Below are positions 50,566 through 64,000 of a stretch of DNA of 64,000 bases, in pieces (the stretch's first letter is position 1; each line of letters starts with the position of its first letter). The stretch lies in NCBI GenBank assembly GCA_963820435.1, contig CAWGAC010000008.1:234549-298548 (forward strand). The letters run 5' to 3'. Under the pieces are notes generated by a model, which searched no databases, was not told the DNA's origin, and was given only the letters and a program-made list of their open reading frames with translations. Origin of the DNA: an uncultured Spirochaetota bacterium (GTDB taxonomy: Bacteria; Spirochaetota; Spirochaetia; SZUA-6; Fen-1364). The position numbers and the translations under genes were made by a program.

Positions 50566-53034
50566 TTACCGGTCCAGAACTTCGCGGATTTTCCCCAGCA
50601 GCGTCGTCGCGTCGAAGGGTTTCTGGAGCAACACGACTTCCGCGTCCAGTATCCCGCGGTGGACGATCGAGCTTTCTGCGTATCCGGACATGTAGAGAAT
50701 CCGGGCCTCCGGACAGATTTTCTTCACCTTGCGCCCGAGGTCGGGTCCGCTCATCTGCGGCATGATGACGTCGGAGAGAAGGAGCTGGATGCTGCATCCG
50801 GCGGCGGAGAGCGCCTCCAGCGCCTCCACACCGCCGGCCGCCTCTATCACCCGGTACCCGTACCTTTCCAGTATCGCCCGGGTGAACCGTCGGACCGCTT
50901 CTTCGTCCTCGACCAGAAGGATTGTTTCATCACCCCCCGTGGGGGCCCGCGCGCCTTCGTCTTTCAACCCTGGAAAGAGCATCTCGTGGACGCGGGGGAA
51001 GAACATCGTGAAGGTGGAGCCCGCCCCGACCGCGCTCTCGCAGTACACGTAGCCTCCGCTCTGCTTGACGATGCCGTAGACCATTGCCAGACCCAGGCCG
51101 GTCCCCTTGCCCACCTCCTTCGTGGTGAAGAAAGGCTCGAAAATGCGGGAGAGCGTTTCCGCGCTCATACCCACTCCCGTATCCCGGACCGCGAGCATGA
51201 CGTATTCACCAGGGATCAGCTCGGGATGCTCGCGCAAATGGGAATCGCCGAGGGATCGATTGTCCGTCTCGATGGTGAGCTTTCCTCCGGCGGGCATCGC
51301 GTCACGCGCATTCGCAGCGAGATTGATGATCACCTGCTCGATCTGTCCCCTGTCCGCCTTCACATTGCCCGTCTGCGGCCGCAGGGATGTCACCAGCTCG
51401 ATGTCCTCTCCGATGACGCGGCGGAGCATCGTCTCCATGCCCCGCACGATTTCATTCAGCTCGATGATGCGCGGCTGAAGCACCTGCTTCCTGCTGAAGG
51501 CAAGGAGCTGCGCGGTCAGATCCGCGGCCCGCTCCGCCGCTTTCCTGATCTGTCCGATGTCGGGTTTCATCGGGTGGGAGCTGTTCAGGCCTTCGTCGAT
51601 GAGACCCGCGTAGCCGCTGATGACCGTGAGAAGGTTGTTGAAATCATGCGCGATGCCGCCGGCCAGCCGCCCCACCGCTTCCATCTTCTGCGCCTGGGCG
51701 AGCCTGTCTTCGATCCGTTGGAGCGCTTCTTCGGTCTTTCGGACCTCGGTGATGTCGTGCAGAGTGCCGAAGGTTCCCGCGAACACTCCGTCCTCATCAT
51801 GATGCGGGGTCGCGGTCACCTGGATCAGGCGGACCCCGCCGTCGGGGCGGGAAAGCTCGACCTCGTACGTGGTGCTCTCTCCGTGGCGGCGTCTGCCGGA
51901 TTCGGCGCGGATCCGGGCGAACTCTCGCTCGCTGAGAAACTCCCTGAGGTTTCGCCCGGCAAGCGTGCCCCGCGGCACGCCGAATATTGATTCCGCCGCC
52001 GGATTCGCAAGCAGCACGTTTTCTTCCGAATCGACGATCGTGATCCCTTCGCCGAGGGTCTCGACGAGCTGCCGGTAGCGCTCCTCGCTGGCACGCGCCG
52101 CCGTGTACAGGCGCGCCTTTGCCATCGCGATGCTCACGTGCTCCCCGAGCGCCGTCATCAGCCGAAGATCGGCCTCACCCATCACGACCCCGCCCGTGCT
52201 TTCCACATTGAAGGTGCCGACGACCTTCCCCTCGTCGCGCAGAGGGATGCACACTTCCGAGACGATGCCCTCGATGGCCCCGATGAAGTCCGGGTCATCG
52301 CGCACGTCTTCTACGAGCGCTGCTTCGCCCGTACGCACGACCCGGCCGCTTATGCCGCGCGTAATCGGTATCTCCTTAATGATGCGCGGGTAGCCGACCT
52401 GATACTGGCACTTCAGCACAACCCCCTGCAGGAGATAGAGACTCACCTGGGTGTATCCGAACGCCGCAGCAGTGCCCTCCACGACCGTGCGAAATACAAG
52501 AGGCAGCTCCAATTCCCCGGCAAGCGCTGTGCGCACCCGGTCGAGGAGCTCTATCTCCTGGGCCTGCCGCCGGGCCGCAATAAGAAGCTCCTGATAGTGC
52601 TGTTCGCTTTCGCGCAGCGCGGTCTCGGCCGTTTTGTGCGCAGTGATGTCCCTGTGGATGACGAGGGCTGATTCGATGACGCCATCCTCCCCGTACTCGG
52701 GGACGACGCGGGCAAGATAGTGCCTCATCCCTTCCGGCCCCGGGACCGCCATTTCGAAGACCTGCTCTTCGCCCGTTTCGAATACGCGCCGGATCGTCGC
52801 TTCCGAGCTCGCCACCATATTCTCCGGCAGACCCAGCTCACGGTGTGTCTTGCTGAGGAACGCCCCGGCCTTGGCGCCCAGTGCCTTCAGGGCGGCCGGA
52901 TTTGCATAAAGGGTGCGGCATTCGCGGTCGAATCGCGTGATCAAGTCGGGCGAGTTTTCAACGAGCGTCCTGAAGTGGCGCTCGCGGAGACCGACGGTTT
53001 TGCCCACATTCTGCCGGCCGACGGGTGTTTCCAT
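50566..53034 (-). CDS. Hybrid sensor histidine kinase (PAS-GAF-PAS-HisKA-HATPase-REC)
   Basis: [48 protein letters not shown]. Confidence 0.95.
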   Translation of the reverse strand: METPVGRQNVGKTVGLRERHFRTLVENSPDLITRFDRECRTLYANPAALKALGAKAGAFLSKTHRELGLPENMVASSEATIRRVFETGEEQVFEMAVPGPEGMRHYLARVVPEYGEDGVIESALVIHRDITAHKTAETALRESEQHYQELLIAARRQAQEIELLDRVRTALAGELELPLVFRTVVEGTAAAFGYTQVSLYLLQGVVLKCQYQVGYPRIIKEIPITRGISGRVVRTGEAALVEDVRDDPDFIGAIEGIVSEVCIPLRDEGKVVGTFNVESTGGVVMGEADLRLMTALGEHVSIAMAKARLYTAARASEERYRQLVETLGEGITIVDSEENVLLANPAAESIFGVPRGTLAGRNLREFLSEREFARIRAESGRRRHGESTTYEVELSRPDGGVRLIQVTATPHHDEDGVFAGTFGTLHDITEVRKTEEALQRIEDRLAQAQKMEAVGRLAGGIAHDFNNLLTVISGYAGLIDEGLNSSHPMKPDIGQIRKAAERAADLTAQLLAFSRKQVLQPRIIELNEIVRGMETMLRRVIGEDIELVTSLRPQTGNVKADRGQIEQVIINLAANARDAMPAGGKLTIETDNRSLGDSHLREHPELIPGEYVMLAVRDTGVGMSAETLSRIFEPFFTTKEVGKGTGLGLAMVYGIVKQSGGYVYCESAVGAGSTFTMFFPRVHEMLFPGLKDEGARAPTGGDETILLVEDEEAVRRFTRAILERYGYRVIEAAGGVEALEALSAAGCSIQLLLSDVIMPQMSGPDLGRKVKKICPEARILYMSGYAESSIVHRGILDAEVVLLQKPFDATTLLGKIREVLDR

Positions 53035-53105
53035 GCCTTCCCTTGTCAAGTATACTACTCCCAGGCGCCGCCGCTACACCAGTTGAATCGAGGTTGTCAT
53101 TCCCG

Positions 53106-53231
53106 ATGCACGACTATCACATGCACTGCCACTTCTGCCGGCACGCAACCGGCAGAAAGATGGTGCGATACCGCGCGCGGCGCATGAGGGAAGAGGTCGT
53201 GCGCATGGCCGCGCCCGCGCGGAACCGGTGA
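53106..53231 (+). pseudogene. PHP-family histidinol-phosphatase (HisJ-like) N-terminal stub
   Basis: MHDYHMHCHFCRHATG matches the DYHxH...CxHAxG start; stops after 41 codons. Confidence 0.55.
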
Positions 53232-53273
53232 CCCTCATGCCGGGCGCCTCGATTCTTCAGTATATTCGCTCAC

Positions 53274-53471
53274 ATGAGGTGGGTACTTATCATTGTGGGC
53301 ATATTGTTCGTCCTGGTCGGAGTCGTCTGGATGCTCCAGGGGACCAACGTCCTGACCCAGGGCGGCATGGCAGGCCACTCTCAGTGGACCGTCATCGGGG
53401 CGATCCTTGCCGTGGTGGGGATCGTCTTATTCGTGCTGGGTGCCACGCGGCGGAGAGCAAAGCGCGCCTGA
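53274..53471 (+). CDS. Small two-TM membrane protein
   Basis: GVVWMLQGTNVL..GGMAG..QW pattern; leaderless -10 TATATT 7 nt upstream. Confidence 0.8.
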   Translation: MRWVLIIVGILFVLVGVVWMLQGTNVLTQGGMAGHSQWTVIGAILAVVGIVLFVLGATRRRAKRA

Positions 53472-53508
53472 GCCGGTCCGTGCCTCCACGGGACGTACTG
53501 CCGCGCTC

Positions 53509-56070
53509 ATGAGGGACTTCTCTTACACCGGCCTGCCCCTCGTTCCCTTCCTGCCCCGGATTTCCGAAGCGCTCGAGAGTGAGCGTGCGCTCGCACTGAC
53601 GGCAGAGCCCGGCGCCGGCAAGTCCACGCTTGTTCCCCCGTACCTCATGGACGCGCCGTGGCTTGCCGGCCGATCCATCGTCATGCTCGAGCCGCGGCGC
53701 CTCGCCGCAGTCGCGGTGGCCGCCAGGATCGCGGACCTCCTCGGCGAACCGCTGGGTCGGCGGGCGGGATACACGGTGCGCACCGCCTCGCGGGTGAGCA
53801 GGGACACGCGCGTCCTTGTGGTGACGGAGGCGCTCCTCACGCGCAAGATACAGGAGGATCCGCTTCTTGCCGGCGTGGGCCTGGTGATCCTCGACGAGTT
53901 CCACGAGCGTTCGATCCACGCCGATCTGGCGCTTGCCCTCGCCCTCGAAGTGCGGCGCGCCCGGGGGGATCTCGCGCTCCTGGTCATGTCCGCCACCCTG
54001 GACACGGCGGCCGTGGCCGCTCTTCTGGGAACCCCCGGCACCCGCCCCGCGCCGTCCCTGCATTGTCCCGGCTCCTCGCATCCCGTGGATACGCGCTACT
54101 GGGCACTGGGACAGGGAGGACGCTGGGAGGAGGGTTTTGCAGACGGCACCGCACGGTTGTTCGGTGAGACAGAGGGCGACCTCCTTGCCTTCCTTCCGGG
54201 GGCGGGGGAGATCCGCCGGGTTGCGGCAAGGCTGGGCGGGCTGCTGGGCGGCCGGGCGGAGGTCCTGCCCCTGCATGGGACCATGCGCCTGGAGGAGCAG
54301 CAGAGGGTGATCGGGCGCTCGACGGAGGCAGTTGCCGAAGGGGGCCGGGTCGACCCGACCCCCCGAAGGGTGATCCTCGCCACTTCCCTCGCGGAGACCA
54401 GCCTGACCGTGCCGGGTATACGTACCGTGGCAGATTCAGGTTGGGCGCGGCTCACCCGTTTTCACCCCGCAACCGGTCTGGACAGGTTGGTCACGGAGCG
54501 CGAGAGCGCATCCTCCGCCGATCAGCGGCGCGGGAGGGCGGGCAGGCTGGGCCCCGGGCTTTGTGTACGCTTCTGGTCCGAATCGGAGCGTCTTCCGCCC
54601 CGGCCGGATCCCGAGATTCTCAGGTCGGACCTTTCGGGGCTCGTGCTCGAATGTGCCCTCTGGGGCGCGAGGAAGAGCGCGGATCTCCAGTGGCTCGATC
54701 TTCCTCCCGCCGCGTCGTGGAGCCAGGCCTGGGAGATTCTCCGCATGCTTGATCTGCTCGAGGACAGCGGTCCGACGGACCTCGGCCGATCCGTGGCCCG
54801 GCTCGGGCTGGCGCCCCGGCTCGGGGTCCTTGTCATACGGGGGGCTGATCGAAACACGCGCGTCCTCGCAGCCGCATGCGCCGCGATCCTCGAGGAAAGA
54901 GACGGCTCGGAGGCCGGCGGAGATCCGGACTTCCGGGTCCGGCTGGAAATGATACGGACGGGAAGGGGAGGAGCTGACTCCTGGCGGAGGGCCGTGGGTC
55001 TCGAGATGGAGCGCATTCTTCGCCGTTCCTCCCTCTCGGCGGAGAGGGACAACGGCTGGACCGCCGCGCAGGAGGAACGGGTGGGCAACCTGCTGGGCTA
55101 TGCCTTCCCGGACAGGATCGCCAGGAGGGAGCCGGACGGGTCCTACCGGCTCGTCACGGGACGCGTCGCGCGGTTTCCCGGATTCGGCCGGGGCCCGGCG
55201 GCGCAAAATCCGCGGAGTACCGCGGCGCAGATTGCCGTGGCCAGCCGCGCAGCGGCCCACTGGATCACGGCGCCCGATGCCGATGCGGGGGAGACATCGG
55301 GCATAATCAGGCTCGCCGCGCCCATGGAAGAGGAGGAAGCGGACCGGATCCTCGCGCTCGCCGCGGAAGAATCCCTCGAGATCCGCTGGGAGGGACTCGT
55401 ACCAAAGGGGGTCCTTGTCAGACGGGCGGGAAGGCTCTCTTTGAGCGAGCGGCCGGCCCGGCCGACTGCCGTGGAGATCGCCGCATCATTCGGCGCGCAC
55501 CTCCAGCGGCAGGGAATCGGGATCCTTCCCTGGAACGCGCGGGCCCGCAGCCTCCTTGCGCGCATGCGCTTCTTCGCGCGGAAACGGCCCGAGCGCGGCC
55601 TGGGCGACCTGTCGGACCCGGGGCTTGCGGCCCGGTCTGGTGAATGGCTGGAGCCGTATCTGAAGCTCACCGGAGGGCAGGTCCTCACGGCGGGGCCGCT
55701 GTTTGCCGCCCTGCAGGCAATGCTCGGGGCGGATCGCGGAGCTTTCGAGGCGGACGTGCCGGAGGCCCTCACGCTTCCCACCGGCGGGCGGCGCGCAATC
55801 GACTATGAGGGGACCGAGCCCGCGGTGGAGGCGCGCATCCAGGAAGTCTTCGGCCTGGCCGAAAGCCCCTGCGTGTGCGGCGTTCCGCTCGCCTTCAGGC
55901 TGCTTTCTCCCGCTCGACGGCCGCTGCAGATCACCAGCGATCTGGCGAGCTTCTGGCGCACGACCTATGCCGATGTGCGCAAGGAAATGCGGGGCCGCTA
56001 TCCGAAGCACTACTGGCCCGAGAACCCGCTGGATGCCGAGCCGATATCGGGTGTGCGGCCCCGAAGATGA
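53509..56070 (+). CDS. hrpB: ATP-dependent RNA helicase HrpB
   Basis: AEPGAGKST, EPRRLAA, DEFHERS, MSAT, QRRGRAGR, AFPDRIA, YPKHYWPENP; start ATG 53509. Confidence 0.95.
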   Translation: MRDFSYTGLPLVPFLPRISEALESERALALTAEPGAGKSTLVPPYLMDAPWLAGRSIVMLEPRRLAAVAVAARIADLLGEPLGRRAGYTVRTASRVSRDTRVLVVTEALLTRKIQEDPLLAGVGLVILDEFHERSIHADLALALALEVRRARGDLALLVMSATLDTAAVAALLGTPGTRPAPSLHCPGSSHPVDTRYWALGQGGRWEEGFADGTARLFGETEGDLLAFLPGAGEIRRVAARLGGLLGGRAEVLPLHGTMRLEEQQRVIGRSTEAVAEGGRVDPTPRRVILATSLAETSLTVPGIRTVADSGWARLTRFHPATGLDRLVTERESASSADQRRGRAGRLGPGLCVRFWSESERLPPRPDPEILRSDLSGLVLECALWGARKSADLQWLDLPPAASWSQAWEILRMLDLLEDSGPTDLGRSVARLGLAPRLGVLVIRGADRNTRVLAAACAAILEERDGSEAGGDPDFRVRLEMIRTGRGGADSWRRAVGLEMERILRRSSLSAERDNGWTAAQEERVGNLLGYAFPDRIARREPDGSYRLVTGRVARFPGFGRGPAAQNPRSTAAQIAVASRAAAHWITAPDADAGETSGIIRLAAPMEEEEADRILALAAEESLEIRWEGLVPKGVLVRRAGRLSLSERPARPTAVEIAASFGAHLQRQGIGILPWNARARSLLARMRFFARKRPERGLGDLSDPGLAARSGEWLEPYLKLTGGQVLTAGPLFAALQAMLGADRGAFEADVPEALTLPTGGRRAIDYEGTEPAVEARIQEVFGLAESPCVCGVPLAFRLLSPARRPLQITSDLASFWRTTYADVRKEMRGRYPKHYWPENPLDAEPISGVRPRR
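55206..55228 (+). repeat. REP-like unit in-frame inside hrpB
   Basis: AAATCCGCGGAGTACCGCGGCGC, identical to the copies at 9582 (rc) and 57405; encodes QNPRSTAA. Confidence 0.88.
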
Positions 56071-56098
56071 GATGAGACGGCGAGGGATGAGGCGCGGA

Positions 56099-56193
56099 GA
56101 ATCCGCAGAGTACTGCGGCGCGGGGAATCCGCAGAACTGCACGGGGTACCGTGCAAGGTACTGCGGCGCTAAATCCGCCGAGTACGGCGGCGC
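56099..56193 (+). repeat. Cluster of three REP-like units (short, long nested, short)
   Basis: CCGCAG-AGTA-CTGCGG; CCGCAG-[AACTGCACGGGGTACCGTGCAAGGTA]-CTGCGG; CCGCCG-AGTA-CGGCGG. Confidence 0.9.
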
Positions 56194-56198
56194 GGCGC

Positions 56199-57014
56199 TC
56201 AGCGCTTCCGGGAAGCGACCGGCCGTTTCGCTTTCTTCTTTCCCGCCTTCGGCTTCTTTGCCTTGGACGCCGCCTTGCGCGCAGCCTTGGCAGGGGTCTT
56301 CTTTTTCGCCGCGGGCCCCTTCCTGGCCGCTGGCCCCTTTTTTGCCGCCCGAAGCCTGCTCACCTGCCTTTCCAATGAAGCGACGTACCCCTCCAGGTAG
56401 CTCAGAATGTGGAAGATGTCTTCCATGGACTCGTCGTAGAGCGCGCGGGCCTTCGCCGGATTTGTTCTTGCAAGCTCCCTGAGGTTGTAGAAGGCTATTG
56501 TCGTGCCGTCTTCTCCGGCAACGATGTCGACCATCCGCTTCTTCTGCTTGAAGATGGAAGCGGCACCGAATGTCGCTCCTGCTTTGTAGGCCAGGTCCGG
56601 CAGCTTCTCATTCAGAGCGACTCCGCGGATCACCTCACAGACCGTTGCGGCGCTCTCCCCTCGCCGTATGATGACGTCTCCGCGACGGTAGGTCCGGGTC
56701 GGCACGGACGGCCCCTGGGGCGCCTGCTGCCCGAAGGCAGGGGGTGCTGACTGCGGCGCGTACGGCGCCGTTCCGATCCGCTCGTAGCGTGAATCGACCT
56801 TGTACACCTCCGGATTCACCAGCTGGTGCTTCCTGCCGTACAGCGCGTCGTGCTTGATGAATCCCATGTTCCGGGCGATCTTCAAGGCCTCCGTATCGAC
56901 ATCCGCTTCGGTGGCGCCCATGATGTTTTCCGTTACCGTGAAGTCATTATTGAACGGGCACCCGGGTTCCCTGCACCGAACCTTGAAAACCGCATCCTTG
57001 AGCCTGAACGACAT
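56199..57014 (-). CDS. Cyclic-nucleotide-binding-domain protein with N-terminal Cys/His domain and Lys/Ala-rich tail
   Basis: TYRRGDVIIRRGE...VIRG...GATFGAASIF..KRMVDIVA; AAGGAG SD; promoter GTGAAA-17-TATAAT at 57072-57044. Confidence 0.85.
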   Translation of the reverse strand: MSFRLKDAVFKVRCREPGCPFNNDFTVTENIMGATEADVDTEALKIARNMGFIKHDALYGRKHQLVNPEVYKVDSRYERIGTAPYAPQSAPPAFGQQAPQGPSVPTRTYRRGDVIIRRGESAATVCEVIRGVALNEKLPDLAYKAGATFGAASIFKQKKRMVDIVAGEDGTTIAFYNLRELARTNPAKARALYDESMEDIFHILSYLEGYVASLERQVSRLRAAKKGPAARKGPAAKKKTPAKAARKAASKAKKPKAGKKKAKRPVASRKR

Positions 57015-57081
57015 CCCTATGCTCCTTTCCCCCCCCCGTCAATATTATATGCATCCGGCGCCCGGTTTTCACGGATTCCGG

Positions 57082-57330
57082 TCAAGTGACAATTCTGGGG
57101 CTCTGTATATTATACGCGGGCACTCCGGTGATGCGTGCCGCGCGGAAACTGATGGTTTGCCCGGCGGAAACACCTGTCTGCACCTGCTCAGCGCAGGAAA
57201 CGGGCAGAACGACCACGGTATCGGGCCTGCTCAAACCCGCTATCGCCCTGCGGTCGAAATGATCGGAGTGCGGATGGGTGACCAGAATGAGATCCGCCGG
57301 GCCCGCGCCCGCGTTGTCAACGTCCCGGTT
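57082..57330 (-). pseudogene. Metallo-beta-lactamase-fold hydrolase internal fragment
   Basis: ADLILVTHPHSDHFD...ITGVPAYNI; both ends missing. Confidence 0.65.
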
Positions 57331-57404
57331 CAGGCCGCGGGTTGACGCACTTGACAGCATTGTGCGATAACTGCCGAACGGCGATGGACACAGACCGCAG
57401 CGCA

Positions 57405-57453
57405 AAATCCGCGGAGTACCGCGGCGCAAAATCCGCCGGAGTACCGTCGGCGC
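57405..57453 (+). repeat. Two tandem REP-like units upstream of, or inside the start of, gltB
   Basis: AAATCCGCGGAGTACCGCGGCGC-A-AAATCCGCCGGAGTACCGTCGGCGC. Confidence 0.9.
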
Positions 57454-57484
57454 GAATGCCAGTCCTGACGACCCACGAATCCGA

Positions 57485-62031
<4,547 letters not shown>

Positions 62032-62032
<1 letters not shown>

Positions 62033-63484
62033 TGGGGCATCCGTCCGGTTTCCTCGATCACGCACGCGAGTCCTACTCGCTATCTCCCCGTCGACGAGCG
62101 GGTGAAGACCTGGAAAGAGTTCACCGTCCCCGCTCGCGAACGACGGAGCTCGCGACCGGCAGGGCTCGCGCTGCATGGACTGCGGCATCCCCTTCTGCCA
62201 CGCCACCGGCTGCCCCGTGTACAACCTGATCCCCGAGTGGAACGACCTGGTCTACCGGGGCGACTGGCGCGAAGCGCTCGTGCGCCTGGAGATGACGAAC
62301 AACCTGCCCGAGGTGACGGGCCGGCTCTGCCCCGCGCCCTGCGAGGCCTCCTGCACGCTCTCCATCAACACGAGCCCGGTCACGATCAAGCAGATCGAGC
62401 TGGCCATCGTCGGAGCGCGGGTTCGCCGAAGGGTGGGTCGTGCCGCGGCCGCCCGCCGCCCTTACGGGACGCCGGGTGGCGGTTGTCGGAAGCGGGCCCG
62501 CCGGGCTTGCCGCCGCGCAGCAGCTCCGCCGCGCAGGCCACGAGGTCACCGTGTTCGAGCGCTCGCCGAAGATCGGCGGGCTCCTGCGCTACGGCATCCC
62601 CGACTTCAAGCTGGAGAAGCACGTCATCGACCGGCGCATCCGCCAGATGGAGGCCGAAGGGGTGCGCTTCGAGACCGGGGTGGTGATCGGAGAGGACATC
62701 TCCGCGCGCTACCTGCGCGGCACGCTTCGACGTGATCCTCCTGACCATGGGCGCGGGCGAGCCCCGCGACCTTCCGGTACCCGGGCGCGAGCTCGCCGGC
62801 ATCCACTTCGCCATGGACTACCTCACCCGCTCCAACCAGGTTGCAGGCGGGAGAGATCGGCGACGAGGAGCTCATCAACGCGAGGGACAAGGTGGTCGCT
62901 GGTGATCGGCGGCGGGGACACGGGCTCGGACTGCGTGGGCACCGCCAACCGCATGGGCGCAAGGAAGGTGCTACCAGTTCGAGATCCTGCCGAAGCCCCC
63001 GGTGTGGAAGGAAGCCTGGAACCCGAGCTGGCCTGCCTGGCCGAACATCCTGCGCACCTCCAGCTCCCACGAGGAGGGCTGCGAGCGCGACTGGTCCATC
63101 ACGACGCACAAGTTCACCGGCGCCGACGGCTGCGTGACGGAGGGACACTTTGCGCGCGTGGAGTGGAAGAAGCCTCCGGCGCAAATCCGCCGGGACGGCG
63201 GCGCCATGAAGATGGAAGAGCTGCCCGGGTCGGCGTTCTCCCTGAAGGTGGACCTCGTGCTCCTGGCCATGGGATTTGTCCACGTGAAGCACGGCAAGAT
63301 CATCGAGGAGCTGGGCGTCGAATACGACCCGCGCGGGAATATCCGCTGCAATCCCGACTACTCCACGTCCGCCAAGGGCGTGTTCGCCGCGGGGGATGCC
63401 AACACGGGCGCCTCCCTGGTCGTGCGCGCCATCTTCCACGGCAGGGAAGCGGCAAAGGCCATCGATCAATACCTGCGAAGCTGA
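62032..63484 (+). CDS. gltD: Glutamate synthase small subunit (several frameshifts)
   Basis: [66 protein letters not shown]. Confidence 0.93.
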
Positions 63485-63527
63485 ATCCGCGGAACTGCAC
63501 GGTGTACCGTGCAAGTTACCGCGGCGC
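63483..63527 (+). repeat. Long nested REP-like unit filling the gltD/kamA junction
   Basis: GAAT-CCGCGG-AACTGCACGG-TGTA-CCGTGCAAGTTA-CCGCGG-CGC. Confidence 0.9.
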
Positions 63528-63528
63528 G

Positions 63529-64000
63529 TCAGATCTCCCGAGGGTATCGGTACTCTCCGCCATCGGGACCGCTGAAGACGTATGCATCCGCTTCCGTACG
63601 CACAAGGGCAGACTCCACAGGAACTTTCCCGCCGCCGCCCGGCAGGTCGACTGCGTAGGTCGGGAGCGCCATTCCCGACAGACGGCCGCGAAGCTCGTGC
63701 ATCAGTGCGATCCCGCGCTCGACAGGGACCCGGAAATGCGCCGTCCCCGCGGCAAGGTCTCCCTGGAAAAGGTAGTACGGCTTGACGCCTGCCCGAACGA
63801 GGCCGCGGAAAAGCGCTTCCAGCGTATCGGCATCGTCGTTGATTCCCCGCAGGAGCACGGACTGGTTCAGAATGGGAACGCCCGCCCTTATGACGCGCCT
63901 GACGCCCTCACGGAATTCGTTCGTGAGCTCGCGCGGATGGTTGGTATGGATCACCATCCACACGGAGTCGAAGCCCCCGAGCATCGAGGCGAGCGAGTCG
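63529..64000 (-). CDS. KamA family radical SAM protein (lysine 2,3-aminomutase-like), C-terminal part
   Basis: HTNHPREL, NQSVLLRGIND, PYYLFQGD, PTYAVDLPGGGGK. Confidence 0.9.
   Translation of the reverse strand, partial: DSLASMLGGFDSVWMVIHTNHPRELTNEFREGVRRVIRAGVPILNQSVLLRGINDDADTLEALFRGLVRAGVKPYYLFQGDLAAGTAHFRVPVERGIALMHELRGRLSGMALPTYAVDLPGGGGKVPVESALVRTEADAYVFSGPDGGEYRYPREI

Noticed and set aside
56099-56193. Possible mini-CRISPR or tRNA-like element
   Set aside because: Units are separated by only 1-3 nt, and there is no cloverleaf, T-loop or CCA.

Overview
High-GC bacterial chromosome segment, most likely a free-living spirochaete. The basis is inference from the mnmE-mnmG-rsmG to Hsp70-SBD/LysM to Slt gene order and the PspA-like and NlpC/P60 proteins. 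The window holds tRNA/rRNA modification genes, an A2-type cytochrome c oxidase operon with SCO and a membrane c-type cytochrome, ftsK, two arabinoside-utilisation ABC loci (GH127 x2, GH51, an AraR-like GntR/LacI regulator and two AraC regulators), a CHASE2 class III cyclase with degenerate catalytic residues, an RND efflux operon, a hybrid histidine kinase, hrpB, gltBD and part of a KamA-family gene. I found no rRNA, tRNA, CRISPR array or transposase. Many genes carry single-base frameshifts, densest at 57.5-63 kb, and these look like long-read errors. The main non-standard signal is a dispersed 24-nt REP-like hairpin, (A/G)AAT-CCGCNG-AGTA-CNGCGG-CGC. It shows compensatory base changes and a nested long form, and it is stop-free in all six frames. 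It sits between convergent genes and has also entered protein-coding sequence: hrpB, an AraC gene as a tandem array, and possibly the GltB propeptide. Other notable items are a perfect 34-bp orphan palindrome, a Cys/His + cNMP-domain + histone-H1-like-tail protein, widespread leaderless promoters and several gene stubs.
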